From Squalus acanthias (taxonomy: Eukaryota), in assembly GCA_030390025.1 (NCBI GenBank), contig CM059432.1:108626001-108690000 (forward strand): a DNA stretch of 64,000 bases. Reading direction: 5' to 3'. Within the stretch, counting starts at the first letter, position 1, and each line of letters starts with the position of its first letter. Below are positions 35,615 to 48,947 of the stretch, piece after piece. The position numbers and the translations under genes are program-made. The notes under the pieces are model-generated. The model was not told the origin of the DNA. It searched no databases and worked only from the letters and a program-made list of their open reading frames with translations.

Positions 35615-35910
35615 TCATAAGAACAGGAGTAAGCCATTCAGCCCCTCTAGTCTTTTCACCATTCTATTAGATCATGGCTGATCTGTACTTCAACTCCATT
35701 TAACCGCCTTTGCTGCATATCCCTTCAGACCCTTACCTATCAGAAATCTATTGATCTTAACTAGAAAATTTCAATTGACTCAGCAGCCACAGACTTTTGA
35801 GGGAGAAAGTTCCAGATTTTCACTACTCTTTGTGTGAAAAAGTGCTTTCCTGATTTCACTCCTAAATGGCCTAACTCTTATTTTAAGATTATGCCGCCTT
35901 GTTCTGGATT
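35615..35910 (-). mobile_element. CR1 3' fragment
   Basis: CR1 3'UTR (gatcagccatgatctaa..gctgaatggcttactcctg). Confidence 0.8.
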
Positions 35911-35911
35911 G

Positions 35912-36400
35912 TTAATGTCACTCCATTTTTTAAGAAGGGTGGGAGAGATAAACTAGGAAATTGTAGACCAATTAGTCTGATGTCTGTTGTGGGGAAGTTA
36001 TTCGAATCTGTTATTGGAGCAGAGTGATTGAGCACTTAGACAACTATGAACTGATCAGGCAGAGCCAACATAGATTTGTAAAGGGTAAGTCATGTCTAAC
36101 TAACCAAGTGAATTTTTGAGGTGGTCCCAAACATGGTAAGGGAGTGTCTATGAATGTTATTTATATGGACTTCCAGAAGGCATTCGATAAGGTTCCACAC
36201 AAGAAACTGTTAGCAAAAATGAAAGTGCATGGAATTGGAGGCAACCTTTTGGCATGGGTAGGGAATTAGTTAGATGGTAGGAGACTGAGAGGAGGGATAA
36301 TGGGTATGTTCTCCAATTGGCAGGATGTAGCTCGTGGTGTCCCTCAGAGATCTGTAATGGGCCTCAGCTTTTCAACATATTTGTCAATGACTTGGATGAA
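35912..36400 (+). mobile_element. Old CR1 RT fragment (resumes at ~40050-40320)
   Basis: YMDFQKAFDKVPH; gacttggatgaa|ggaatagagagc rejoins with TGAA duplicated. Confidence 0.8.
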
Positions 36401-39400
36401 CATAAGAACATAAGAAATAGCAGCAGGAGAAGGCCATATAGCCCATCAAGCCTGTTCCACCATGCAATAAGATCATGGCTGAACTTCTACATCAACTCCA
36501 TTTTCCCACCCTATCCCCATCTCCCTTGATCCCCTTAGTGCCCAAAACTCTATTGATCTCAGTCTTGAATATACTCAACAACTGAGCATCCACAGCCCTC
36601 AGGGGTAGAGAATTCCAAAGATTCGCAACCCTCTGAGTGAAGAAATTTCTGCTTATCTCAGTCCTAAATGCCAACCCATTATCCGGAGACTATGACCCTG
36701 AGTTCTAGACCCTCCAGCCAGGGGAAACAACCTCTCAGCATCTACTCTGTCAAGCCCTTTAAGAATTTTATACGTTTCAATAGGATCACCTCTCATTCTT
36801 CTAACCTCCAGAGAGCATAGGCCCATTCTACTCAAACTCTCCTTGTAGGACAGCCCTCTCATCCCAGGAATCAATCTAGTAAACCTTCGTTGCACCCCCT
36901 CTAAGGCAAATATATCCTTCCTTTGGTAAGGAGACTAAAACTGTACACAGTACTCCAGGTGTGGTAATTGCAACAAGGCTTCCTTACTCTTGTACTCCAA
37001 CCCCCTTGCAATAAAGGCTAACATACCATTTGCCTTCCTAATTGTTGCTGTACCTGCGTGTTAACTTTCTGTGATCCATGTACAAGGACCCCCAAATTCC
37101 TTTGAATACCAACATTTACTAGTCTCTCACCTTTTAAAAAATATTCTGCATTTCCATTCTTCCCACCAAAGTGAGTAATTTCACACTTCCCCATATTATA
37201 CTCCATCTGCCACCTTATTGCCCAATCACTTAACCGGTCTATATCCCTTTGCAACCTCTTTGCATCCACCTCACAGCTTACTTTCTCACCTAGCTTTGTA
37301 TCATCAGCAAACCTGGATATATTATACTCGGTCTAAGTCATTGATATAGATTGTAAATAGCTGAGGCCCAAGCACTGATCCTTGCGGCACTCCACTACTT
37401 ACACCCTGCCATCCCGAAACTGAACGGTTTATTTCTACTTTCTGTTTTCTGTGCATTAAAACCAATCCTCAGTCCATGCTAATATATTACCCCCAATCCC
37501 ATGAGCCCTAATCTTGTGTAACAACCTTTTGTGTGGCACTTTATCGAATGCCTTCTGAAAATCCAAATATACTACATCCACTGGTTCCCCTTTATCTACC
37601 CTGCTAGTTATACCCTCAAAAAATAATTTTTCAAACACAATTTCCCTTTCATAAAACCGTATTGACTCTGCCTAATCATATTGTGATTTTTCCAAGTGCC
37701 CTGTTACCATGTCCATCATAATAGATTTGACCATTTTCCCGACAACTGATGTCAGGCTAACTGGCCTATTGTTCCCTGTTTTCTCTCTCTCTCCTTTCTT
37801 GAACAGCGGGCTTACATTTGCTACCTTCCAATACTTGGAGACCGTTTTAAAATCTACGGATTCTGGAAGATCAAAACCAATGCATCAACTATCTCTGCAG
37901 CCACCTCTTTTAAAACCCTAGGGTGTAGGCCATCAGGTCCAAGGGATTTGTTGGCTTTTAGTCTCATTAATTTCTCCAGTACTTTTTCTTTACTAATATT
38001 AATTACTTTAAGTTCCTCACTCTTATTAGACCCTTGGTTCCCCATAATTTCTGGTATGTTCTTTGTGTTTTCTACTGTGAAGACAGCCACAAAATATTTG
38101 TTTAACGTCTCTGCCATTTCCTTATTCTCCATTCTCATCTCTAAGGGACCCACATTTACTTTTGCTAATCTTTTACTTCTCTTCTTAGGCAGTCCCTCGG
38201 AACCGAGGATGACTTGCTTCCACATTAAAAATGAGTTCTCAAGTGACTGATGAGTCCAATGCGGGACCTACAGTCTCTGTCACAGGTGGGGCAGACGGTG
38301 GTTGAAGGGGCGGGTGGGTGGGATGCTTGGGTTGACGTGCACTCCTTGCGCTTGGTTTCCACTTGCTCCCAGCGAAGAGGCTCGAGGTGTTCGGCGCCTT
38401 CCCGGATGCTTCTCCTCCACTTTGTGCGGTCTTGGGCCAGGGATTCCCAGGTGTCAGTGGGGATGTTGCACTTTTTCAAGGAGGCTTTGAGGGTATCCTT
38501 GAAGCGTTTCCTCTGCCCACCTGGGGCTCTCTTGCCATGTCGGAGCTCCGAGTAGAGCGCTTGTTTTGGGAGTCTCGTATCGGGCATGCGGACAATGTGA
38601 CACGTCCATCGGAGCTGATCGAGCGTGGTCAAAGCTTCGATGCTGGGGATGTTGGCCTGAGCAAGAACACTGACGTTGGTGCGCCTATCCTGCCAATGGA
38701 TTTGCAGGATCTTGCGGAGGCAGCGTTGGTGGTACCTCTCCAGTGCTTTGAGGTGCCTGCTGTACATGGTCCATGTCTCTGAGGCATACAGGAGGGCGGG
38801 TATCACTACTGCTCTGTAGACCATGAGCTTAGTGCCGGGTTTGAGGTCCTGGTCTTCAAACACTCTCTTCCTCAGGCGACCGAAGGCTGCACTGGCACAC
38901 TGAAGGCGGTGTTGGACTTCGTCATCGACATCTGCCCTTGCTGACAGTAGGCTCCCGAGGTATGGAAAGTGGTCCACGTTGTCCAAGGCCTTCTCATGGA
39001 TTTTGATAATCGGGGGGCAGTACTGTGTGGCGGGGAAGGTTGGTAGAGGACCTTTGTCTTACGGATGTTTAGTGTAAGGCCCATGCTCTCGTACGCTTCG
39101 GTGAAGGTGTTGATGATAGTTTGGAGCTCGACCTCCGAGTGAGCGCAGACGCAAGCGTCGTCTGCATACTGTAATTCAACGACAGAGGATGGGATGACCT
39201 TAGATCTGGACTGAAGGCGACAGAGGTTGAACAGTTTCCCGTTTGTTCTGTAAATTAGCTCCACTCCAGTGGGGAGCTTACTGAGGGTGAGATGGAGCAT
39301 TGCAGCAAGGAAGATCGAGAAGAGCATTGGTGCGATGACACAGCCTTGCTTGACCCTGGTCCATACGTGAATTAGGTCTGTGGTGGAACCGTTGGTAAGG

Positions 39401-40049
39401 ATCACGGCTTGCATGTCATCGTGAAGCAGGCGGAGGATGGTGACAAACTTTTGAGGGCAGCCGAATTTGAGGAGGACACTCCATAATCCCTCATGGTTGA
39501 CAGTGTCGAAGGCCTTTGTGAGATCAAAGAAGGCATACTTGTAAAAGCTCCCACAATCTGTTTTTTATTTCTTGCTAGTTTACTTTCATATTCTAGTTTC
39601 TCCCTCTTTATCAATTCCTTGGTTATCCTTTGCTGATTTTTAAAACCCTCCTAATCCTCAGGCCTACTACTCTTTTTGGCAACATTGTAAGCCTCTTCTT
39701 GTAATCCAATGCTATCCTTAACTTCTCCAGTTAGCCATGGCTGTACCACTTTGCCAGTGGAGTATTTATTCCTCAGGGAAATATATAATGATTGAGAATT
39801 ATGAATTATTTCTTTAAATACTTGCCATTGCTTATCTATCATCATATCTTTTAACCTAATTTCCCAATCTACCTCACCAACTCGCCCCTCATACCTCCAT
39901 AATTAGCTTTGTTTAAATTTAAGACCCTAGTTTCGGACTTAACCACATTACTCTCAAACTTAATATGAAATTCTATTATTATCACTCATCCCCAGAGGAT
40001 CCTTTACCATAAGATTACTAATTAACCCTAGCTCATTACACCATTACAC
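36401..40049 (-). mobile_element. CR1 LINE (ORF2, decayed) containing an RTE insertion
   Basis: VYLDFQKAFDKVPH, GPDGLHPRVLKE, RNFFTQRV; (TTCTTATG)n tail. Confidence 0.92.
38179..39535 (-). mobile_element. 5'-truncated RTE-clade LINE, second copy
   Basis: YADD; C-terminal CPTCDRDCRSRIGLISH zinc motif; TACTT duplicated; very similar to 9441-10884. Confidence 0.95.
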
Positions 40050-40319
40050 GTGAAGGAATAGAGAGCCATATATCCAAGTTTGCTGATGACGCTAAATTAG
40101 GTAGCACAGTAAGTGTAGATGGGAGCAGAAATTTGCAAAGTGATATTGATAGATTAAGTGAGTGGGCAAAACTGGTAGATGGATTTCAATTTGGGGAAGT
40201 GCGAGATTATCCACTTTGGATCTAAGAAAGATAGATTTTCTAAATGGTGAGAAGCTAGGAACTGTAGAGGAGCAGAGAGATTTATGGGTCCATGTACAGA
40301 AATCACTAAAAACTAGTGG

Positions 40320-41207
40320 ACTAGGATTACAAATGTTGGACACCTGTTCAAAAAAGGGGAGAGCGATAAGCCCGGCAACTACAGGCCAGTCAGCCTAACA
40401 TCGGTGATGGGGAAACTTTTAGAGACAATAATGTGGGACAAAATTAATTGGCACTCGGAAAAATATGGGTTAATAAATGAAAACCAGCACCGATTTGTTA
40501 AAGGCAAATTGTGTTTGACTAATTTTATTCAGTAACTTGATGATGTAACGGAGACGTGTGATGAGGGTAGTGTGATTTATGTGTATATGGACTTTCAAAA
40601 GGCGTTTGATAAAGTATCACATAATAGACTTGTTAGCAAAATTGAAGCCCATGGGATTAAAAAGGGAGTGGCTGAAGGACAGAAACCGAGAGTAGAGTTG
40701 AACAGCTGTTTTTCAGACTGGAGGGACGTTTACAGTAATGTTCCCCCGGGGTCAGTGTTGGGACCACTGCTCCTTTTGATATATATATTAATATCATGGA
40801 ACTGGGCATACAGGGCATAATTTCAAACATTGCAGATGGTATGAAACTCGGAAATGTAGTAAACAGTGAGGAGGACAGTAACAGACTTCAGGAGGACATA
40901 GACAGACTGGTGAAATGGGCAGACACATGGCAGATGAAATTTAATGCAGAAAAGTGTGAAGTTATTCATTTTGTTAGGAAGAATGAAGAGTGGCAATATA
41001 GACTAAATGGTACCATTTTAAGGGGAGTGCAGGAACAAAGATACCTTGAGGGTGTACATACACAAGTCTTTGAAGGTGGAACAACAAGTTGAGAAGGCTG
41101 TTAAAAAGATATATGGGATCCTTGGCTTTATAAGTAGACGCATAGAGTACAAAAAGAAGTTACGCTAAACATTTATAAAAAACTGGTTAGGTCTCAGCTG
41201 GAGTATT
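40320..41207 (+). mobile_element. Old CR1 RT fragment (continues at ~46198-46720)
   Basis: YMDFQKAFDKV, PGSVLGPLL, IDRLVKWADTWQM. Confidence 0.85.
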
Positions 41208-42877
41208 GTGGCCAATGTGTGCGGGAAGTGTATCCAGCTGCAGCTACTGGCAGACCGCATTGTGGCGCTGGAGCTGCGAATGGATACATACTGGAGCATT
41301 CGCGATGCTGAGGATGTCGTGGATAGCACGTTTAATCAGTTGGTCACACCGCAGGTAAAGGCTGCACAGGCAGGAAGGGAATGGGTGACCGACAGGCAGA
41401 GTAGTAGGCGCAGGCAGGTAGTTCAGGGGTCCCCTGTGGCCATCCCCCTCTCAAACAGATATACTGCTTTGGATATTGTTGAGGGAGATGGCTTATCAGG
41501 GGAAGGCAGCAGCAGCTAACTTCCTGGCACCATGGGTGGTTCTGCTGCACAGGACGGGAGGAAAAAGAGCGGGAGAGCTAGAGTGATAGGGGATTCTATT
41601 GTAAGGGGAATAGATAGGCGTTTCTGCGGTCGCAAACGAGACTCCAGGATGGTATGTTGCCTCCCTGGTGCAAGGGTCAAGGATGTCTCGGAGCGGCTGC
41701 AGGACATTCTGGAGAGGGAGGGTGAACAGCCAGTTGTCGTGGTGCATATAGGTACCAACGATATAGGTAAAAACCGGGATGAGGTCCTAAAAGCTGAATA
41801 TAGGAAGTTAGGAGGTAGATTAAAAAATAGGACCTCAAAGGTAGTAATCTCAGGATTGCTACCAGTGCCATGTGCTAGTCAGAGTAGAAATAGAAGGATA
41901 TTTCAGATGAATACGTGGCTACAGGAAGGGTGCAAGGAGGAGGGATTCAAATTCCTGGGACATTGGAACCGGTTCTGGGGGAGGTGGGACCAGTACAAAC
42001 TGGACGGTTTGCACCTGGGCAGGACCGGGACTGATGTCCTAGGGGGAGTGTTTGCTAGTGCTGTTGGGGAGGGTTTAAACTAAAATGGCAGGGGGTTGGG
42101 AACCTGTGCAGGGAGACAGAGGAAAGGGAAGAAAGGATAGAAGCAAAAGACAGGAAGGAGAAAAGCAAAAGCGGCAGTCAGAGAAATCAAGGGTGTAAAT
42201 CAAACATGGCCACAGTAAATAATAATTCTAAAAGGTCTAAGAGTGTTAAAAAAACAAGCCTGAAGGCTTTGTGTCTGAATGCGAGGAGCATTCGTAATAA
42301 GGTGGATGAATTAGCTGCGCAAATAGATGTAAACGGATATGATATAATTGGGATTACGGAGACATGGCTCCAAGGTGACAAAGGCTGGGAATTCAACATC
42401 CAGGGGTATTCAATATTCAGGAAAGACAGGAAAAAAGGAAAAGGAGGTGGGGTAGCCTTGCTGGTTAAAGAGGAGATTAACACAATAATAAGGAAGGATA
42501 TTAGCTCTGATGATGTGGAATCTGTATGGGTAGAGCTGAGAAATACCAAGGGGCAGAAAACGTTAGTGGGAGTTGTATACAGACCCCCAAACAGTAATGC
42601 TGAGGTTGGGGATGGCATTAAATGGGAAATTAGAGACGCGTGCAATAAGGGCACAGCAGTTATCATGGGTGACTTTAATCTACATATAGATTGGGCCAAC
42701 CAAATTAGTAACAATACTGTGGAGGAGGAATTCCTAGAGTGTATACGGGATGGTTTCCTGGACCAATATGTCGAGGAACCAACTGGAGATCCGGCCATCT
42801 TAGACTGGGTATTATGTAATGAGAAAGGATTAATTGGCAATCTTGTTGTGCGAGGCCCCTTGGGGAGGAGCGATCAT

Positions 42878-44874
42878 ACATAGATACATAGATACATAGA
42901 AGATAGGAGCAGGAGTAGGCCATCCGGCCCTTCGAGCCTGCTCCGCCATTTAATGAAATCATGGCTGATCCTCCAATTCAGTATCCCGTCCCCACCTTCT
43001 CTCTGTAACCCTTAACCCCTTTTGCCTGTAGAAATATATCTAATTCCCTCTTAAATATATTTAATGAGCTGGCGTACACTGCCCTCTGTGGCAATGAGTT
43101 CCACAGGTTCACCACCCTCTGAGTGAAGAAATTCCCCCTCATTTCTGTCCTAAATGGTTTAGCCCTTATCCTTAAATTATGTCCTCTAGTTCTGTTCTCA
43201 CCCGCCAAGGGAAACATTCCTTCTGCATCTAGTCTGTCTAGACCTGTCAGAATTTTATACACTTCTATGAGGTCCCCTCTCAATCTTCTAAACTCCAGTG
43301 TGTACATCCCTAAACTACATAGTCTCTCCTCATAGGTCAATCCCGCCATTCCTGGTATCAGCCTGGTGAATCGCCGCTGCACCCTCTCCATGGCAAGAAC
43401 ATCTTTCCTCAGATGAGGCGACCAAAACTGTACACAGTACTCGAGGTGTGGTCTCACCAGTGCCCTGTACAGCTGCAGCAAGGTATCCCTGTTCCTGTAT
43501 TCCAACCCTTTTGCTATGAAGGCCAGCATACCGTTTGCCTTCTTGACCGCCTGTTGCACCTGCATGCTCGCCTTCAGTGACTGGTGTACAAGAACACCCA
43601 GGTCTCTCTGTACTTCCCCCTCTCCCAATTTATTGCCATTTAAATAATAATTTGCCCTCCCGTTCCTGCACCCAAGGTGGATAACTTCGCACTTGTCCAC
43701 ATTATAGTGCATCTGCCATTTATCCGCCCAATCACCCAGTCTGTCCAAATCGCTCTGGAGCTTCCTGGTCTCCTCCTCTGAGCCCACCCCCCCTCCTAGT
43801 TTAGTGTCGTCTGCAAATTTGGAAATGCTGCATCCGACTCCCTGATCCAGGTCATTAATGTAAATTGTGAACAGCTGGGGACCCAGGACAGATCCCTGCG
43901 GTACCCCACTTGTTACTGCCTGCCATTCAGAAAATGAGCCGTTTATTCCAACTCTCTGTTTTCTATCTGACAGCCAGTTCTCTATCCACGTCAATACTTT
44001 CCCCTTTATCCCATGAGCTTCAATTTTCCATGCTAATCTTTTATGTGGGACCTTGTCGAAGGCCTTTTGGAAGTCCAGGTACACCACATCTACTGGCTCT
44101 CCCCCATCTATTTTACCAGTTACTCCCTCAAAAAATTCCAATAGATTAGTCAAGCACGATTTACCCTTTGTAAATCCATGTTGACTCTGTCCTATCCTGT
44201 CCCCATTTGCTAAGTGCTCCGCTATTTCATCCTTAATGATGGACTCCAGCATTTTGCCCACAACTGATGTAAGGCTTACAGGTCTGTAATTACCTGCTTT
44301 TTCCCAACCCCCCTTTTTGAATAGTGGGGTAACGTTAGCTACCCTCCAATCCATGGGCACTGTTCCCGAGTCTAATGAATTCTGAAAAATCATACTTAGT
44401 GCATCCGCTATCTCTAGGGCCACCTCCTTCAGTACCCTAGGATGCATGTTATCAGGCCCTGGGGATTTGTCCGCCTTCAATCCCTTTAGCTTCCTTAACA
44501 CCATATCCTTAGAGATATTGATTTGCGTCAGTTCCTCCTTTGCCAATGTCCCTATTTTTCCCGATATCCCAGGGAGGTTTTTTGTTTCTTCCTTCGTAAA
44601 GACTGACCCAAAGTATGCATTTAGTTGGTCTGCCATTTCCTTATTTCCCGTTATATATTCCCCCGTATCTGACTGCAATGGACTAACTTTGGTTTTCACC
44701 AGTCTTTTCCTCTTGATATACTTATAAAAGCTTTTGGAGTTAGTTTTTATATTTTCCGCCAGCTTGCTTTCGTAAGCTATTTTGCCCCTCTTGATTAAGC
44801 CCTTTGTCCTCCTTTACTCTATCTTAAACTGTTCCCAATCTTCCACTCTGGCGCTTTTTTTGGCTATTTTATAC
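42878..44874 (-). mobile_element. Young 5'-truncated CR1 nested in antisense
   Basis: (ATCTATGT)n tail; open 573-aa ORF. Confidence 0.95.
42978..44699 (-). CDS. CR1 ORF2 reverse transcriptase domain, uninterrupted but 5'-truncated
   Basis: [41 protein letters not shown] all in one frame. Confidence 0.85.
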   Translation of the reverse strand: MKTKVSPLQSDTGEYITGNKEMADQLNAYFGSVFTKEETKNLPGISGKIGTLAKEELTQINISKDMVLRKLKGLKADKSPGPDNMHPRVLKEVALEIADALSMIFQNSLDSGTVPMDWRVANVTPLFKKGGWEKAGNYRPVSLTSVVGKMLESIIKDEIAEHLANGDRIGQSQHGFTKGKSCLTNLLEFFEGVTGKIDGGEPVDVVYLDFQKAFDKVPHKRLAWKIEAHGIKGKVLTWIENWLSDRKQRVGINGSFSEWQAVTSGVPQGSVLGPQLFTIYINDLDQGVGCSISKFADDTKLGGGVGSEEETRKLQSDLDRLGDWADKWQMHYNVDKCEVIHLGCRNGRANYYLNGNKLGEGEVQRDLGVLVHQSLKASMQVQQAVKKANGMLAFIAKGLEYRNRDTLLQLYRALVRPHLEYCVQFWSPHLRKDVLAMERVQRRFTRLIPGMAGLTYEERLCSLGMYTLEFRRLRGDLIEVYKILTGLDRLDAEGMFPLAGENRTRGHNLRIRAKPFRTEMRGNFFTQRVVNLWNSLPQRAVYASSLNIFKRELDIFLQAKGVKGYREKVGTGY

Positions 44875-46849
44875 GATATGATAGAATTCTTCATTAAGAT
44901 GGAGAGTGAAGTAATTGACTCAGAGACTAGGGTCCTGAATTTAAATAAAGGAAACTACGATGGTATGAGGCGCGAATTGGCTAGGATGGATTGGGGAGCG
45001 TTACTTAAAGGGTTGACGGTAGATAGGCAATGGCAAACATTTAAAGATCACAAGGATGAACTACAGAATTTGTTTATCCCTGTTTGGCATAAAAATAAAA
45101 CAAAAAAGGTGACTCAACCGTGGCTAACAAAGGAAATTAGGGATAGCATAAGATCCAAGGAGAGGATATATAAATTGGCCAGAAAAAGCAGCAAACCTGA
45201 GGATTGGGAGCAGTTTAGGATTCAGCAAAGGAGGACAAAGGGATTAATTAAGAGGGGAAAAATAGAGTATGAGAGTAAGCTTACTGGGAACATAAAAACT
45301 GACTGTTAAAGCTTCTATAGATGTGTGAAGAGAAAAAGATTGGTGAAGTCAAGCGTAGGTCCCTTGCAGTCAGAATCAGGGGAATTTATAATGGGGAACA
45401 AAGAAATGGCAGACCAATTAAATACATACTTTGGTTCTGTCTTCACAAAGGAGGACACAAATAACCTCCCAGAGATGTCAGGGAACATAGGGTTAAATGA
45501 GAGGGAAGAACTGAATGAAATCAGTATTTGTGGGGAAGAAGGCAAATGGTATGTTGGCCTTCATAGCGAGAGGATTCGAGTACAGGAGCAAGGATGTCTT
45601 GCTGCAGTTGTACAAGGCCTTGGTGAGACCACACCTTGAGTGTTGTGTGCAGTTTTGGTCGCCTTATCTGAGGAAGGATATTCTTGCCATGGAGAGAATG
45701 CAGCGAAGATTTACGAGACTGATACCTGGGCTGGCAGGACTGACGTATGAAGAGAGATTGGGTCAATTAGGCTTATATTTGCTAGAGTTTCGAAGAATGA
45801 GAGGGGATCTCATTGAAACTTATAAAATTCTAACAGGACTAGACAGACTAGATGCAGGAAGGATGTTCCCGATGGCGGGGGAGTCCAGAACCAAAGGTCA
45901 CAGTCTAAGGATAAGGGGTAAGCCATTTAAGACTGAGATGAGGTGGAATTTCTTCACCCAGAGAGTGGTGAACCTGTGGAATTCTCTACCACAGAAGGCA
46001 GTTGAGGCCAATTCATTGAATATATTCAAGAAGGAGATAGATATATTTCTTAAGGCTGAAGGGATCAAGGGATATGGGGAGAAAGCAGGGACAGGGTACT
46101 GAATTTGGATGATCAGCCATGATCTCATTAAATGGCGGAGCAGGCTCGAGGGGCCGAATGGCCTACTCCTGCTCCTATCTTCTATGTTTCTATGTTTAAT
46201 TGTGGTCACCACACTTTAGGAAGGATGTCAAGGTCTCAGAGAGGGTATGGAGTAGATTTCCTGGAATGGTACCAGGGATGAAAGACTTCAGTTACATGGA
46301 GAGAGTAGAGAAATTGAGTTGTTCTCCTTAGAGCAGTGACGTTATGGAGAAATTTGATCGAGGTGGTCAAAATCTTGAAGGTTTTGATAGCGTAAATAGG
46401 GAGAAACTGTTTCCAGCAGCAGAATGGTCGTTAATCAGAGGACACAGATTTAAGGTAATTAGCAAAAGAACCAGAGGGAAAACAATTTACGCAGCGATTT
46501 GTTATGGTCTGGAATGCACTGCCAGAAAGAGTGGTGGAAGCAAATTAAATTATAACTTTCAAAAGGGAATTGGATAAATACTTGAAAAGGAAATATTTAC
46601 TGGGCTACGGGGAAAGAGTAGGGGAGAGGGACTAATTAGATCGCTCTTTCAAAGAGCCGACACAAGCATGATGCGCTGAATGGCCTCCTTCTCTGTAGTA
46701 TCATTCTATGATTCTATAAAACACCAGCATAGATCTGTTGGGCCAAATGGCCTGATTCTGTACTGTAAATTCTATGTAAGATATCTAATTGAATGGTGGA
46801 ACAGGCCTGAGGGGCTGAATGGCTTACTCCAGTTCCTATGTTCTTATGT

Positions 46850-47270
46850 TCCTATTCCCCCACCAGAGGAAATGATTTCCCTGTGTCTACCCTATTGAAT
46901 TCCTTTATCATTTTAAAGACCTTAATTTTATGCTCCCTCAACCTTCTAATCTCAAGGGAATACAAACCACTTCTATGCAACAGTCCTCATAATTTAACCC
47001 TTTAAGCTCCAGTATCATTCTAGTTAAGGTCAATATATCTTTCTTGTGGTTTGGTGCCAAAAACTGAACACAGTATTCCAGATGGGGACTGACCAAGGCT
47101 CAGTACAACTGAGGGATAACTTCCTCCCCCTGTATTCCAGCCCCCTTGAGACAAAGGCCAACATTCCATTAGCTTTTTTTGATTACTTTTTGTATCAGTA
47201 CAGAGGCTTTTAGTGATTTGTGTACATGGACACCCAAATCCCTTTACTCCTCCACAGTTCCTAGTCTTCC
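46850..47270 (-). mobile_element. Old CR1 fragment
   Basis: aaagctaatggaatgttggccttt..ccccatctggaatactgtg on the minus strand. Confidence 0.7.
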
Positions 47271-47389
47271 AAACAGCCCACACCCAGCATTGGGCAGTGG
47301 ATCACAGGGCAAGACATTTAAGTATTAGCACTGTTAGAAGTGAATAGTGCAGGGAGTTTTCTGGCACAGAAAATAGATGTAGTGGTCCT

Positions 47390-47531
47390 CAATGTTCCCT
47401 CTAATTTTTTTTGCGCCACGTGGCCCCTTTAGGGGGCTGTGCGGCCCATTCAAAAATCCACGTATGTGCGGTTTTTGTATTTCAAAGCTGGTGAGCCGGC
47501 TGCGCAGGAGCGCAGCTTTAAGGGAACTTTG
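47390..47531. mobile_element. Small hAT-like MITE
   Basis: TIRs CAATGTTCCCTCTAA / TTTAAGGGAACTTTG; 8-bp flanks GTGGTCCT / GTGAACGT match only 5 of 8. Confidence 0.55.
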
Positions 47532-47915
47532 GTGAACGTTAGTAGATATCCCTTGGTGCAGGGGGAGGAGGTGTCTGGGAGCGTGTTAACATTGGGTGCA
47601 CAATATACAAAACAAGTTACCCCAGGCAGTGGATATACCACAACTGTGCCAGCTACCTCACCAATGAGCAGTGCAGGCTGTGACAGAGGTGTGTACTTCC
47701 TGGCCTATGAAGGCCTACAGGGAAATGAACAAACTTTACTACATTTCCACTGGCTTTATCTTTTATCCCACAGGGGACATCACTGTAGATAGTGACACCG
47801 TAGCCCTTCTGAGCACTGATCCATTCGGAGAAAACTGAAACCATTAGTGAATACCCATAGCAGAAATGGTAGTAGCATTTTTTCCTAATTGATGGTTTCC
47901 CCAAAGTACATTGTT

Positions 47916-48609
47916 GGCCCAAAATTTGCGATCGGAGGCTTCCCACAGGCGGATGCCTCCGACCTGTAAAATATCTACGCATTTACCTGGTGGCCCGAGA
48001 GATACGGAGGCTTACGATCCTGGGCCTCTCCGGGTCCGCGCGGGCAGAGGCCCACGTATCCCAGCGGCGCATGCGGTTCGCAAACGCCCCAGGATGACGT
48101 GGGCCGGCCCAACCAATAAAAGAAGGGAATCCCCATTCATACTTACGGGAGTTCCATACATACGGAACTCCTATAAGTATGAATGGGGATCACTTAAAAC
48201 ATATGAAATACATTAAAAAAAATTACATATTTAAAATTAATTAAAATGCCATTTAATTAAATATTTTAAACAAAAATTAATTTTTTTAAATTTTTTTAAA
48301 TATATTTTAACAGGGCTAAAAATGAACTTACCTTATTGGACAGGACTTTTAATGTATAAATGAGTGATAACATTTTATTTTTCTATTTTTTAAAACTCTT
48401 ATGCTGGTAAAAGCAGGCCTGCTTTTACCAGGCGTAAGAATTTCATCGGCATTCAGCGGGCGGAAGTTGGGCAAATAGCGCAACTCTCCACCCACAGAGG
48501 CCCATCTCCTGGGGATACGGAGACTCTGTCAAGAGGATTCTTGACATATCGCAAGTTCTGGGTTTTAGCGCACCTCATACGCTCCTGTAGGGGTTGCAAA
48601 ATACGGCCC
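47916..48609. mobile_element. Harbinger-type MITE, distant relative of family C
   Basis: TIRs GGCCCAAAATTTGC / GCAAAATACGGCCC; same layout of GC-rich arm, palindrome and AT-rich core. Confidence 0.8.
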
Positions 48610-48947
48610 ATTGTTGACTTTATATATGTAGTCATTTGTGCATTTACCAGTGCAATACCTAAATAGGAAACAATATTTAGGTAAATTCAAACTCTTCCTG
48701 AACAGGGGGAGAGGTTTCAACCTGTAGCCTGCTGCTGCCTGACTATTGCGTTTGAAGCCTTTCTGCTGCTTTCTTGATGGACCTCTGATGTCTGTGTTGA
48801 TTCTTTGAAAATCCTATTTTCCCTGACACACAGAAATTGAAAGCGTTTGACAACACCCAGGTGCTAGATGTCTTTGTGAATGGCTGGACATTGCTAAAAA
48901 AATTAGCCATCATTCGGGATGATGTTTTCCCTAGGTGTAAACTTTGC

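Larger units (their letters stand above)
41208..46197 (+). mobile_element. CR1 LINE with ORF1 (zinc-finger end + SGNH esterase) and APE; RT core deleted; nested CR1 inside
   Basis: ORF1 41208-42083 (CGKC, VIGDSIVR, HIGTND, DGLHL; one stop); APE 42206-42883 (LNARSI, GITETW, MGDFN, SDH); resumes at 44875; jumps to KKANGMLAF at ~45535. Confidence 0.93.

Noticed and set aside
47439..47792. 117-aa ORF in partly unique sequence
   Set aside because: It starts inside a MITE and has no recognisable domain or convincing splice context.
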